From: Acidimicrobiales bacterium
GTDB taxonomy: Bacteria; Actinomycetota; Acidimicrobiia; Acidimicrobiales; SZUA-35
Direction of reading: 5' to 3'
Length of the DNA: 64,000 bases
Assembly: GCA_050330635.1 (NCBI GenBank)
Contig: JBHJNQ010000064.1
Coordinates: 6,311 to 70,310, forward strand
The position numbers and the translations under genes were made by a program. The notes under the pieces were generated by a model, which saw only the letters and a program-made list of their open reading frames with translations, made no database searches and had not been told where the DNA came from. Shown in pieces: positions 22,739 through 32,215 of this stretch. Positions within the stretch are counted from its first letter, which is position 1. Every line of letters begins with the position of its first letter.

Positions 22739-22953
22739 GCCCAACGGATCCGACGGTCCGCTGGTACTTCTCCACTGGGTCCAACCGGACTCGGCTTCGG
22801 GGTTGCGGCATACCGACCCCATGGGAGCGACCAGGGCGCCCCGGCTAGGGTCCCCCCACCGTCATCTCCGCCTCCGGTTTGACCGTGGGGGCCATCCGGG
22901 CCAGATTCGGCGCAGCGAACGCCAACGTGAACGCCGACGAGCAAGGGGACGAG

Positions 22954-23382
22954 ATGAACGAGTTGACGGTGGAGGACCGACTGGAGCTGTACGAGCTCCC
23001 GGGGCGCTACGGCGACGCCATCGACGACCGGGACTGGGATGCGTTGCGTACCGTCTTCACCGAGGACGGCGTCTTCGACCTGACCGGCGTCGGCTCCCGG
23101 CTCTGCACCGGTATCGACGACATCGTCGACTTCATGGAGCGCGAGGCCGCCCATCCCCGCACCCACATGATGACCAACATCCGGGCCTGGCCCACCGAGG
23201 ACGGCGCCGAGCTCCGCTTCCGGATCGTGGCCCTGCTCACCGAGGGACGCGTCGGCACCGCCAGCTACTACGACCAGGTGGTCAGGACCGACGCCGGCTG
23301 GCGGGTGGCGCATCGTCAGGTCCACCTCCGCCGTCGCGACAAGCGGGAAGCCGAGGTCGACCGCAACGGCATCGCCCTGTAG
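22954..23382 (+). CDS. NTF2-like / SnoaL_4 family protein
   Basis: EDRLEL.EL..RY.DAIDDRDWDAL..VFTED, H-x-x-TN and YYDQVVRT..GWR motifs. Confidence 0.85.
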   Translation: MNELTVEDRLELYELPGRYGDAIDDRDWDALRTVFTEDGVFDLTGVGSRLCTGIDDIVDFMEREAAHPRTHMMTNIRAWPTEDGAELRFRIVALLTEGRVGTASYYDQVVRTDAGWRVAHRQVHLRRRDKREAEVDRNGIAL

Positions 23383-23517
23383 CCGACGCTGGCGGTGGCG
23401 ATCGCCCGGCCGGTGACCGTCCTCTACCCGCTGTGATCACCGCAGTGCCGCGCCTCCGGATCGACCGGCCGTGGTGCTGCTGTTCCTCGGCCGTTGCGGC
23501 GCCGGATCGGCGGGCCG

Positions 23518-24552
23518 TCAGGTCAGGTACGCAGTGGCCCCCGGGAGCTCCAACTCACGGTGACGCCAACAGCGCACCAGCCGACCCGGTCCGGCGTCGA
23601 GCAGGGGCTGAGGCTCGAGGCAGGCCTCCTGCTGGAACTCGCAGCGGGGTCCGAACCGGCAACCGGCGGGGAAGTCGACCGGTTGGGGCACCCGGCCGGG
23701 GATGGCGGTCAGGTCCTCGGCCGCCACCCCGGGGCGGGGGATGGCGGCGAGCAGTCCGGCCGTGTAGGGATGGCGGGGGAACTCGAGGGCCTCGTCGACC
23801 GAACCCTCCTCCACGATCTGGCCGGCGTACATGGTCAGAACCCGGTCGCAGGTCTCGGCCACCACCCCCAGATCGTGGGTGATGAGCAGTACCGCCGTGC
23901 CCCGCTCCTCGCTCAGCTTCACGATCAGGTCGAGTACCTGGGCCTGGATCGTCACGTCGAGGGCGGTCGTCGGCTCGTCGGCCACCAGCAGACGGGGCTC
24001 GCACACGAGGGCCATGGCGATCATGGCCCGCTGCCGCATCCCTCCCGACAGCTGGTGGGGGTACTCCCGGTACCGGCGGGCCGGCTCGGGGATCCCGACC
24101 TCGGCCAGGAGCTCGATCGATCGCGCCCGGGCCTCGGCCCGGCTCACCTCGTGATGGGCCCGGAGGGTGGAGCCGATCTGCTGGCCGACCGTGAACACCG
24201 GGTCGAGGGCGGTCATCGGCTCCTGGAACACCATCGAGACCTGGGTCCCCCGCAGGGTCCGCAGCTCACGCTCCGGCAGGGCCAGCAGGTTCCTCCCCTC
24301 GAGCAGCACCTCACCCGAGATCCTGGCCGCGGCCGGGGCCAGACCGAGCAGGGACAGCCCGGTGAGCGACTTACCGCTCCCGCTCTCCCCCACCATGCCC
24401 ACCCGCTCCCCGGCGGCGATGGTGAACGACGACCCGCTGACCGCCTCCGCCACCCCCCTCGGGGTGTCGAAGGCGATGGCCAGATCGCGCACCTCGAGCA
24501 GAGGGGCACCACCGGCCGGAGGGAGATCGGACGGGGCGAGGTGGTCGGTCAC
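23518..24552 (-). CDS. Oligopeptide/dipeptide ABC ATP-binding protein (DppD-like)
   Basis: GESGSGKS, FQEPMTALDP, YPHQLSGGMRQR, HPYT, GCRFGPRC. Confidence 0.92.
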   Translation of the reverse strand: MTDHLAPSDLPPAGGAPLLEVRDLAIAFDTPRGVAEAVSGSSFTIAAGERVGMVGESGSGKSLTGLSLLGLAPAAARISGEVLLEGRNLLALPERELRTLRGTQVSMVFQEPMTALDPVFTVGQQIGSTLRAHHEVSRAEARARSIELLAEVGIPEPARRYREYPHQLSGGMRQRAMIAMALVCEPRLLVADEPTTALDVTIQAQVLDLIVKLSEERGTAVLLITHDLGVVAETCDRVLTMYAGQIVEEGSVDEALEFPRHPYTAGLLAAIPRPGVAAEDLTAIPGRVPQPVDFPAGCRFGPRCEFQQEACLEPQPLLDAGPGRLVRCWRHRELELPGATAYLT

Positions 24553-25514
24553 GACCCTCCCTTCGACGAACGGGCGAGGCGCCGCACGGCCCGCCGGATG
24601 CGGCGTTCGGTGCCGGCCACCGGATCGAGGCTGTCGCGCAGCGAATCGCCGAGGGCGTTGATGGCCAGCACGGTCAGGGTGATGGCCAATCCTGGCGCCA
24701 CCACCTGGACGTTGGGGGACACGTGGAGGTATCGGGACGAACGGCTGAGCATGCCGCCCCAGCTGGCGGTCGGTGGCTGGGCCCCGAGCCCGATGAACGA
24801 CAGGGCGGCTTCGGCCAGGAAGGCCACGGCCAGCAGCAGGGCCGACTGGACGATGATGGGTTGGATGGCGTTGGGGAGGATGTGACGCCGGATCGTGTGC
24901 CACCACGGGCTCCCGTACTGTTCGGCGGCGTCGACGTAGAGGTGGTTCTTGGTGGCCAGCACCTGGCCTCGCATGAGGCGGGCGACCGACGGTGAGAAGG
25001 TGACTCCCACCGCCACCATGGCGTTGGTCAGGCCCGGGCCGAGGGCGGCCACGATCCCGATGGCGAGGACGATGGCGGGGAAGCCGAGGATCGAGTCGAC
25101 GATACGCATCAGCACGTTGTCGACGATGCCGCCGAGGTAGCCGGCCAGCACGCCCACCGGGATCCCCAACACGAGGGCGACGGTGACGGCGAGGAAGGAG
25201 CCGAACATCGACACCCGGGCGCCGTAGAGGAGTCGAGAGAAGAAATCGCGCCCGACGTCATCGGTTCCCAGCCAGTTCTCGCTCGAGGGGCCGGCCAGAA
25301 CCGACGTGAGGGTCTGCTCGTTCGGGTCGTCCGGAGCGAGCAGGGGGGCGAACACGGCGACGAAGAGGACGAGAAGGAGCCACCCCAGGGCCACCTTGGC
25401 CCGGGTGTCGCCCCACAACCAATCGAAGCGGTCCCAGGGGGAACGGCCGGCCTCGGCCAGTTCGGGAGGCAGAGCGTCGTCGGCCACGACGGCATCGGTC
25501 ACGGCGTCGGTCAT
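24549..25514 (-). CDS. Oligopeptide/dipeptide ABC permease (DppC-like)
   Basis: WLGTDDVGRD..SRLLYGARVS, RHILPN, SFIGLG..PP..SWG. Confidence 0.92.
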   Translation of the reverse strand: MTDAVTDAVVADDALPPELAEAGRSPWDRFDWLWGDTRAKVALGWLLLVLFVAVFAPLLAPDDPNEQTLTSVLAGPSSENWLGTDDVGRDFFSRLLYGARVSMFGSFLAVTVALVLGIPVGVLAGYLGGIVDNVLMRIVDSILGFPAIVLAIGIVAALGPGLTNAMVAVGVTFSPSVARLMRGQVLATKNHLYVDAAEQYGSPWWHTIRRHILPNAIQPIIVQSALLLAVAFLAEAALSFIGLGAQPPTASWGGMLSRSSRYLHVSPNVQVVAPGLAITLTVLAINALGDSLRDSLDPVAGTERRIRRAVRRLARSSKGGS

Positions 25515-26452
25515 CAGCGGATCCTCGGGTCGATGACGCGGTAGGCGATGTCGATCAACAGGTTGATGGCGAGCACGATCAGGACGTAGGTGAGGACCAC
25601 CCCCTGGATGACGGGGAAGTCCCGCGAGGTGGCGGCGTTGATCACCCGGAACCCCATCCCGGGGATGGCGAACACGGCCTCTATCACCACCGTGGCCCCC
25701 AGCGTGGTGTTCACCAGCAGACCGATCACGGTGATGATGGTGACCCCCGAGTTGCGCAGGGCGTGTTTCCACAGGATCGTTCGCCACGGCAGGCCCTTGG
25801 CTCGGTGGGTGCGCACCGACGGCGACGACAGGGCCTCGATCATCGCGCCCCGCACCTGGCGGGTGACGATGGCGATGCCGGACGTCGACACGACGAAGGC
25901 GGGGAGGATCGTGTGGCGAAGGGCGTCGCCGAGACCGTCGGTGAGCACGACGAAGCCCCGGGCCGGCAGGAGCTGCCAGTTGATGGCCACGAGGGCGACG
26001 AGTACCAGGGCCAACCAGAAGTTGGGGACCGACACCCCTACGGCCGAGCCGCTGGTGACCATCAGATCGGTCGGCTTGTTGGCCCGGGTGGCGGCCAGGA
26101 TCCCCAGGGGAACGCCGACCACCACCGAGATGAGTACCCCAGCCAGTACCAGCTGGAGGGTGGTGGGTAGGGCCCGACCGATGATCGAAGCGACTTGCTC
26201 GGTGCGGATCAACGACTCTCCCAGATCGCCGGTGGCTACCTTGCCCACCCAGTTGGCGTACTGGACGACGAGGGGGTCGTTGAGGCCGAGTTGCTCGCGC
26301 ACCTCGGCGATGCGTTCCTCGGTGGCGTTCTCACCCAGCACCACCGTCGCCGGGTCGGCCGGCCCGATGTGCTGGAGGCCGAAGATGGTGAAGGTGGCGA
26401 AGATGAGCGTGGGGATCACCGCCACCAGGCGGGTTCCCAAGAGTCTGAGCAT
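25514..26452 (-). CDS. Oligopeptide/dipeptide ABC permease (DppB-like)
   Basis: DPA, LGLNDPL..QY, GDLGES, RAKGL, KHALRN, RDFPVIQG, DPRIR. Confidence 0.93.
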   Translation of the reverse strand: MLRLLGTRLVAVIPTLIFATFTIFGLQHIGPADPATVVLGENATEERIAEVREQLGLNDPLVVQYANWVGKVATGDLGESLIRTEQVASIIGRALPTTLQLVLAGVLISVVVGVPLGILAATRANKPTDLMVTSGSAVGVSVPNFWLALVLVALVAINWQLLPARGFVVLTDGLGDALRHTILPAFVVSTSGIAIVTRQVRGAMIEALSSPSVRTHRAKGLPWRTILWKHALRNSGVTIITVIGLLVNTTLGATVVIEAVFAIPGMGFRVINAATSRDFPVIQGVVLTYVLIVLAINLLIDIAYRVIDPRIR

Positions 26453-26530
26453 GGCTCAGATCGTCCTTTCCGATCGGGGGCCGGCACGCCCGGCCCCCGA
26501 TCAACGTCACCGGTTACGACGGTTGGCGAT

Positions 26531-28279
26531 TCAGCCCTCGAGCCAGGCGAACTGGACCTGGCCCTTGCCCAGGAGATTGAGCTGGTAGCCGCCGACGTCG
26601 GCGCCGGTGGCCGAGTTCGAGGCGTTGTGCCACAGGGGCGTCCACAGTGCCTCGTCGACCACGGCGGCCTGCCACAGCTCGGCGTAGGCGGCCGCTCGCT
26701 CATCGAGGTCGGGGGTGGCCACGGCGGCATCGAGGAGGGCGTCGAGACCCGCCCGGTCGCTGTCGCGGACCGAGTAGTAGGCACTCGAACCGAACAGCGA
26801 GAGCGCCGTCTGGCTCGGGTCGGGACGGCCGGTCCACGGGGCGCAGAACATCGCGTACTGGCGGTCGGTGAACATGGCCGGCACCGCCGCCGACAGCTCG
26901 AGCACCTCGACCTCGACGTTGAATCCAGCCTCGGCCACGCCCGCTTGGAGCAGCTCCGCCTTGCGCAGCTCATTCGGATTCTGGAAGAAGAGTATGGTCA
27001 CGTCGACCGAGTCGAGACCGGCCTCCTCGAGCAGGGCCTTGGCCCCCTCGGGGTCGTAGCTGTTCGACCCGATCAGGTCCGGGGCGCTCGACCAGTGCTG
27101 TGGCGGCACCGGCATGTAGGCCGGCTCGGCAAGACCGAACGTCATCACCTCGGCAATGGTGTCACGGTCGACAGCCATGCTGAACGCCTTGCGGACCCGG
27201 ACATCGTCCCATGGTTCGATCTCGTCGTTGATGTAGCAGCCGTCGGTGTTGAGCGACGGACTGGCGATCACTTTCAGGTTGGGATCGGACTGCAGCTCGA
27301 TGATCTGGGATCCGTCGCGCAGGGTCAGGGCCACGTCGATGTCGCCGGCCCGCAGGCCGTTGACACCCGACTGCTCGTCGCCGGTGAAATCCCACTCGAG
27401 ACCGTCGAGGTACGGCAGACCCTCCTGCCAGTAGTCGGCGTTCTTCTCCAGCAGGAGCCGTTCGCCTGCGGCGTACTCCACCATCTTGAACGGGCCGGTT
27501 CCCACCGGGCTGGCATCGAGCTGGGCCTGGTCGGCCGCCTCGGCCGCCGTGGGCGACACCATCATGCCGGCCCGGTCGGACAGGATCCCCACGAGCCCGG
27601 TGTCGGGCTTGGTGAGGTTGAACTGGACGGTCAGCTCGTCGATGACCTCCACCGATTCCACCGACTCGAGGTCGGCCGGCACCTTGGTGTTGGGGTGGTT
27701 CTGGACCCGGTCGACGTTGTAGGCCACGGCCTCGGCGTCGAAGGGGCTGCCGTCATGGAAGACGACGCCCTCCCGGAGGTTGAACACGAGCGTCGTGTCG
27801 TCGGTGAACTCCCACGACGTGGCCAGGCCGGGGGTGAACTCGAGGGTCTCGAACTCGAAGTGCACCAGGCGGTCGTACAACGAATAGAGCACCTGATGGT
27901 CGGCCCCGGAGCTGCCGGTGTGGGGGTCGAGCGACAGGGGTGGGAACCAGTGGGCCACCCGCAGGGTCCCCCCATAGGTGCCGCCCGGCTGGGCCGCTCC
28001 TTCCTGGTAGGCGGGCAGGTCGCCCGCCGGCGTCGCGTCGCCGCCCTCGGCATCGTCGCCCTCGGCGGCCGCGCCGTCGTCCTCCGCCTCGGCATCGTCG
28101 CCTCCGGCGGCCACCGGCTCGTCGCCGTCGGAGGCGGCGTCGTCGCCTCCGCCGCAGGCCGCGGCCACGAGGGCCAGGGCCAGCAGGAGGGCCAGCAGGG
28201 CCCGGGGCCCGAAGGGGCCGGATCGGCCCGGTCGGTGCCGCCCCTCGGGGCGGCTCGTTCCTCGCTCCTGGTTGTCCAT
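26531..28279 (-). CDS. ABC substrate-binding lipoprotein, family 5 (DppA/OppA-like)
   Basis: Lipobox LVAAAC, SLDP, LREGVVFHDGSPFDAEAV, PVGTGPF. Start is 28279 or 28318. Confidence 0.92.
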   Translation of the reverse strand: MDNQERGTSRPEGRHRPGRSGPFGPRALLALLLALALVAAACGGGDDAASDGDEPVAAGGDDAEAEDDGAAAEGDDAEGGDATPAGDLPAYQEGAAQPGGTYGGTLRVAHWFPPLSLDPHTGSSGADHQVLYSLYDRLVHFEFETLEFTPGLATSWEFTDDTTLVFNLREGVVFHDGSPFDAEAVAYNVDRVQNHPNTKVPADLESVESVEVIDELTVQFNLTKPDTGLVGILSDRAGMMVSPTAAEAADQAQLDASPVGTGPFKMVEYAAGERLLLEKNADYWQEGLPYLDGLEWDFTGDEQSGVNGLRAGDIDVALTLRDGSQIIELQSDPNLKVIASPSLNTDGCYINDEIEPWDDVRVRKAFSMAVDRDTIAEVMTFGLAEPAYMPVPPQHWSSAPDLIGSNSYDPEGAKALLEEAGLDSVDVTILFFQNPNELRKAELLQAGVAEAGFNVEVEVLELSAAVPAMFTDRQYAMFCAPWTGRPDPSQTALSLFGSSAYYSVRDSDRAGLDALLDAAVATPDLDERAAAYAELWQAAVVDEALWTPLWHNASNSATGADVGGYQLNLLGKGQVQFAWLEG

Positions 28280-28314
28280 TCGGTGTTCTCCCTTGTTGCG
28301 TGTGGACGGGTTCG

Positions 28315-29415
28315 TCATGCGGACGCCGTGTCGGCTGGCGAGGGGCCGCTCGCCACGGCCCGCCCGACGAGCGACAGCTCGGCGGCGAAATGGCAGGCCA
28401 CCTCGTGGCCGTCGGCGCCGCCGACCAGCGCTGGAACCTCATCGGCGCAGCGGTCCTGGACATAACGGCATCGGGTGCGCAGGGCGCAACCCGACGGGGG
28501 GTCGATCGGGCTGGGCACGTCGCCCTCGAGGATGATCCGGTTGCGGAGGCGAAGCCGGCGGGGCAGGGCCTCCGGCTCGGCCGACAGGAGGGCTTCGGTG
28601 TAGGGGTGTCGGGGGTTGGCCACGATCTGGGCCGTGGTGCCGATCTCGACGATGCGGCCCAGGTACATGACCCCGATGCGGTCGCTCATGCTGGCCACCA
28701 CGCCCAGGTCGTGTGAGATGAAGAGATAGGCCAGGCCCCGTTCGGCCTGGAGGCGGGCCAACAGGGCGAGGATGTCGGCCTGGATCGACACGTCGAGGGC
28801 GGAGACGACCTCGTCGCACAGGATCACGTCGGGCTCGAGGGCGATGGCGCGGGCGATGTTCACGCGCTGGCGTTGCCCGCCCGACAGCTCGTGGGGGCGG
28901 CGGTCGCTCATCGACGCCGCCAAGCCGACGGCGTCGAGGGCGGCATCGGTGGCCCTGGCCAGCTCCGCCCCCCGGACCCCGCGCAGTATTCGCAGCGGCT
29001 CTTCGACGCTGTCGCGGATCGACATGCGGGGATCGAGCGAGTCGTTGGGGTCCTGGAAGATCATCTGCATCCGGTGGCGATGCGACCGAAGCTCCCGCTT
29101 CGACATCCGGTCGATCGGGGTTCCCGCCAGCACCACCGACCCCGACACCGAGGCGCCCTCGCTCCCCAGGAGCTGACTGACGGCCCGGGCCACGGTCGAC
29201 TTGCCCGAGCCGGACTCGCCGATCAGGCCGAGCGTCTCGCCGGGGACGATGTCGAACGAGGCGTCGGTGACGGCGTGAACGACGGCCCGCGAGACGCCCC
29301 GGGTCCGGAAGCGGACCGTGAGGTTGCGGACCTCCAGCACCGAATCGGGGCGGGGGTCGACTCCCTCGTCAACTGCGGTCGGATGGTCGGCACTCGACGC
29401 CGGGCGCGCTGGCAT
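28315..29415 (-). CDS. Oligopeptide/dipeptide ABC ATP-binding protein (DppF-like)
   Basis: GESGSGKST, ELSGGQRQR, HPYTEALL, GDVPSPIDPPSGC. Confidence 0.92.
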   Translation of the reverse strand: MPARPASSADHPTAVDEGVDPRPDSVLEVRNLTVRFRTRGVSRAVVHAVTDASFDIVPGETLGLIGESGSGKSTVARAVSQLLGSEGASVSGSVVLAGTPIDRMSKRELRSHRHRMQMIFQDPNDSLDPRMSIRDSVEEPLRILRGVRGAELARATDAALDAVGLAASMSDRRPHELSGGQRQRVNIARAIALEPDVILCDEVVSALDVSIQADILALLARLQAERGLAYLFISHDLGVVASMSDRIGVMYLGRIVEIGTTAQIVANPRHPYTEALLSAEPEALPRRLRLRNRIILEGDVPSPIDPPSGCALRTRCRYVQDRCADEVPALVGGADGHEVACHFAAELSLVGRAVASGPSPADTASA

Positions 29416-29502
29416 TATGGCTCACCCTCTCCCGGGTGGATCGGACGGCACCAGGAGCGTGGTTTCCCCCGTTACCCGTTCGGTCTGCAAACTCGACGGC
29501 TC

Positions 29503-29531
29503 AATCTTCCGCATGCCGGGCTTCATGTCAA
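29503..29531 (-). promoter_or_regulatory. Putative promoter for the dpp operon
   Basis: Minus-strand TTGACA (29526-29531), 17 bp, then AAGATT (weak -10). Confidence 0.3.
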
Positions 29532-29631
29532 ACCAGACCAGCGTGGGCTCTCGGTTGTGAAATGGACACGACGGCTCGCAGGGCCGAACCTGGTGGGTGG
29601 GGCGCGGGCCGTGATCAGAGGACACCTGACC

Positions 29632-30471
29632 ATGGAGAAGATGAGCGATTTCTGGTCGGTCAACGAGGGGACGTTCTTCTGCCTCTACGACCCCCGGCGC
29701 ACCCGGGCGTTCCGCCGGGCCATCAGGGCCACGGTGGCCCCGGGCGACGTGGTGGTCGAGATGGGGGCGGGCAGCGGCGTGCTGTCGATGTTCGCCGCCG
29801 ATGCTGGGGCGTCACGTGTCTACGCCGTGGAGCTCGATCAGGCCAACCTGACGTCGCTGCGGGACACCGTCGTGACCAACGGCTACGAGGATCGGATCGT
29901 GGTGCTCGAGGGCGACGCCACCACCATCGAGCTCCCGGAGCGGGTCGACGTCATCATCTGCGAGATGATCGCCACCGGTCTGTTGGAGGAGCTGCAGCTG
30001 CCGGCCATGGCCAACGCCATGCGTTGGGCCAAGGACGGGGTGAAGGTCGTTCTGCAGCGGTACCACGTCTTCGCCGATCTGGTCGAGCACAAGAACCGTT
30101 ACCACGGCAAGGTGTTCAACACCATCCGCTACGAGCTTCCCGACAAGCCGAGTCTGCGAGCCACCGTCCGGTCCGACCCGGCGCTCCTGGTCGAGGTCGA
30201 TTTCCGGCGGCGGTACGACTCGACCCTCCTGGAGCGGACGGTGCCGCTGACCGTCATGTCGGCGGGCACCGTGAACGGCCTGCGGATCAGCGGCACCACC
30301 GTGTTCCACGATGGCAGTCGCTTCGACAGCTCGGTCTCGTACAGCTTCCCGGTGATCCTGCCCATCGACGACCTGGAGGTCGACGTCGGCGATCGCTTCC
30401 GGACCGACATCTCGTACAGCATGTGCGACGGCCCGCACCGCCTGCGCTACTCGGTGACCCCGATGAGCTGA
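29632..30471 (+). CDS. PRMT-like class I SAM-dependent methyltransferase (COG4076-like)
   Basis: D..RTRAFRRAI, EMGAGSGVLSMFAA, VYAVE, and VDVIICEMIATGLLEE (double-E-loop-like); beta-rich C-terminus. Start at ATG 29632 after GAGGA. Confidence 0.8.
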   Translation: MEKMSDFWSVNEGTFFCLYDPRRTRAFRRAIRATVAPGDVVVEMGAGSGVLSMFAADAGASRVYAVELDQANLTSLRDTVVTNGYEDRIVVLEGDATTIELPERVDVIICEMIATGLLEELQLPAMANAMRWAKDGVKVVLQRYHVFADLVEHKNRYHGKVFNTIRYELPDKPSLRATVRSDPALLVEVDFRRRYDSTLLERTVPLTVMSAGTVNGLRISGTTVFHDGSRFDSSVSYSFPVILPIDDLEVDVGDRFRTDISYSMCDGPHRLRYSVTPMS

Positions 30472-30509
30472 GGCCGGGCCGCTCCCCTACCCGGCGGCAC
30501 CGCGGCGTC

Positions 30510-31559
30510 CTACCGCATCCGGCCCAACACCACGTCGGCCTCGGCCGGGTGATGCCGGGCCTCGAGCAACGCCTGGAGCAGCAGGGGCGCCACGATCGTG
30601 GCGTCGCTCTCGATGACGTGCATCGGCGTGGTGGGGGTCAGCTTGTCCCACGTGATCTTCTCGTTGGGTGTCGCCCCCGAGTACGACCCGTAGGAGGTGA
30701 CCGAATCACTGATCTGGCAGAAGTAGGCCCAGGGCTCCACCTCCTCCTCGAGGTCGTAGCGGATGCTGGGCACGACACAGATCGGGAAGTCACCGGCGAT
30801 CCCACCCCCGATCTGGAAGAAGCCAACCCCTTGGCCGCCGGTGGAGAGGCGTTGACGGTAGACGTCGTAGAAGTGGGCCATGTACTCGATGTCGGAGCGG
30901 GCGATGCCCGGCGTCAGATCGCCCCGGTAGCAGTAGCTGGCGAAGATGTTCCCGAATGTCGAGTCGGCGTAGCCGCCGACCATCATCGGTAGGTCGGCCT
31001 CGGCTGCGGCGAGGAGCCAGCACTCCTCCGGTCTGCCTTCGAAGGCCGGTCGGAGGGCCGGGTCGGTGATCAGCTCGTAGAAGTACTCGTGCCAGAACCG
31101 CGGCGTGCCGTCGGCCTCGGCCCGTTGCCACATGGGGACGATGAGCTCCTCGACCTTCCGGAAGGCCTCGTCCTCCGGGATGCTGGTGTCGGTGACACGT
31201 CGCTGGCGACGGGCGAGAATGGCGGCGTCGTCGTCCTTGCCCAGATACCGGTAGTCGTGGAAGTCGGCGAAGTGATCGTGGGCGACGAGGCGGAACAGCG
31301 ACTCCTCGAGGTTGGCGCCGGTCACCGACAGGCCGTGGACCAGGCCTGCCCGGATGGCGGGTGCGAGGTGGATGCCGAGCCGCGCCGTCGACATCGCTCC
31401 GGCCAGCGACCAGAACATGTTGCCGCCCCGCTCGATGTGATCGTGGTAGTCGACCAGGGCCCGCTTGAGGGCGCCGGCGTTGAAGTGGAAGTACGAGTCG
31501 CAGATGAACCCGAGGATCGGAAGCCGCCGCTCGACCTCGTCATCCTGGTCGGAACCCAT
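30510..31559 (-). CDS. Deoxyhypusine synthase-like protein (probable homospermidine synthase)
   Basis: LAGAMST, TGANLEE, DST.G, QIGGG, SYSGATPNEKITWDK; the catalytic Lys position of the DHS EAVSWGK motif is retained. Confidence 0.87.
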   Translation of the reverse strand: MGSDQDDEVERRLPILGFICDSYFHFNAGALKRALVDYHDHIERGGNMFWSLAGAMSTARLGIHLAPAIRAGLVHGLSVTGANLEESLFRLVAHDHFADFHDYRYLGKDDDAAILARRQRRVTDTSIPEDEAFRKVEELIVPMWQRAEADGTPRFWHEYFYELITDPALRPAFEGRPEECWLLAAAEADLPMMVGGYADSTFGNIFASYCYRGDLTPGIARSDIEYMAHFYDVYRQRLSTGGQGVGFFQIGGGIAGDFPICVVPSIRYDLEEEVEPWAYFCQISDSVTSYGSYSGATPNEKITWDKLTPTTPMHVIESDATIVAPLLLQALLEARHHPAEADVVLGRMR

Positions 31560-31566
31560 CGCTCGC

Positions 31567-31992
31567 CTATCCCCGATCTCGCCCGGCGTGCCTGACCCGT
31601 TCCGGATGGAGGTCGAGCGTCGGATAGCGGGTTCCCCGCTTCAGATGATGGACCTCGTCGTCGCTGGCGGCGAACCGTTTCCTGAGGAACTGACGTACGG
31701 CCTCAGTGTCGAGTCCGTTCTGGCACGTGTAGACGTCGGCCGAGACGAAGCCCCGGGCGGGGAAGGTGTGGACGCTGATGTGGCTCTCCTGGAGCACGAC
31801 CATCCCCGTCCATCCTCCGGGGTCCTTGGCGTTCGTGGCCTCGGCCAGGTACACGACCGGGCCGGCCAGCACCGTCATACCCAGCTTCGCCGCCAGATCC
31901 GCCAACACGCCGTGCACTGCGGCACGGCAGTCGAGGATCCCAGGGTCGGCTCCGTAGCCGTCGTACGTCACGTGCTCACCGAAATGGGCCAC
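31567..31992 (-). CDS. speD: Pyruvoyl-dependent S-adenosylmethionine decarboxylase-family proenzyme (class 1b)
   Basis: GEH..DGYG, GWTGMVVLQESHISVHTFP (E|S autocleavage site), DVYTC; 141 aa. Substrate not certain. Confidence 0.85.
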   Translation of the reverse strand: MAHFGEHVTYDGYGADPGILDCRAAVHGVLADLAAKLGMTVLAGPVVYLAEATNAKDPGGWTGMVVLQESHISVHTFPARGFVSADVYTCQNGLDTEAVRQFLRKRFAASDDEVHHLKRGTRYPTLDLHPERVRHAGRDRG

Positions 31993-32215
31993 CGGTCGCC
32001 ACCTCGCGATCGACTGGATCGGGGCTGCTCCGGACCCCGACCTCGTTTGACAGCGGACACCGGGCGACGGTCCAGACTACCGAATGCGGACCGACCGACC
32101 AGCGCTAACAGGCCTAACGGTAGTTGTCCATGCGGGAGCACGCAATCTGGATGACGGCCGACACCGGCGTCCGTGGGGGGTGGGCGAGCGAGCGCGGCGG
32201 GATGCGGGTCGACGT

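Noticed and set aside
29555-29572. TTGTGAAATGGACACGAC as a Rex or CRP site
   Set aside because: Only the left half-site matches; the right half and spacing do not.
28873-29631. N-terminal 253 aa of the 532-aa methyltransferase ORF
   Set aside because: Mostly antisense to dppF and across the intergenic region; the real start is likely ATG 29632.
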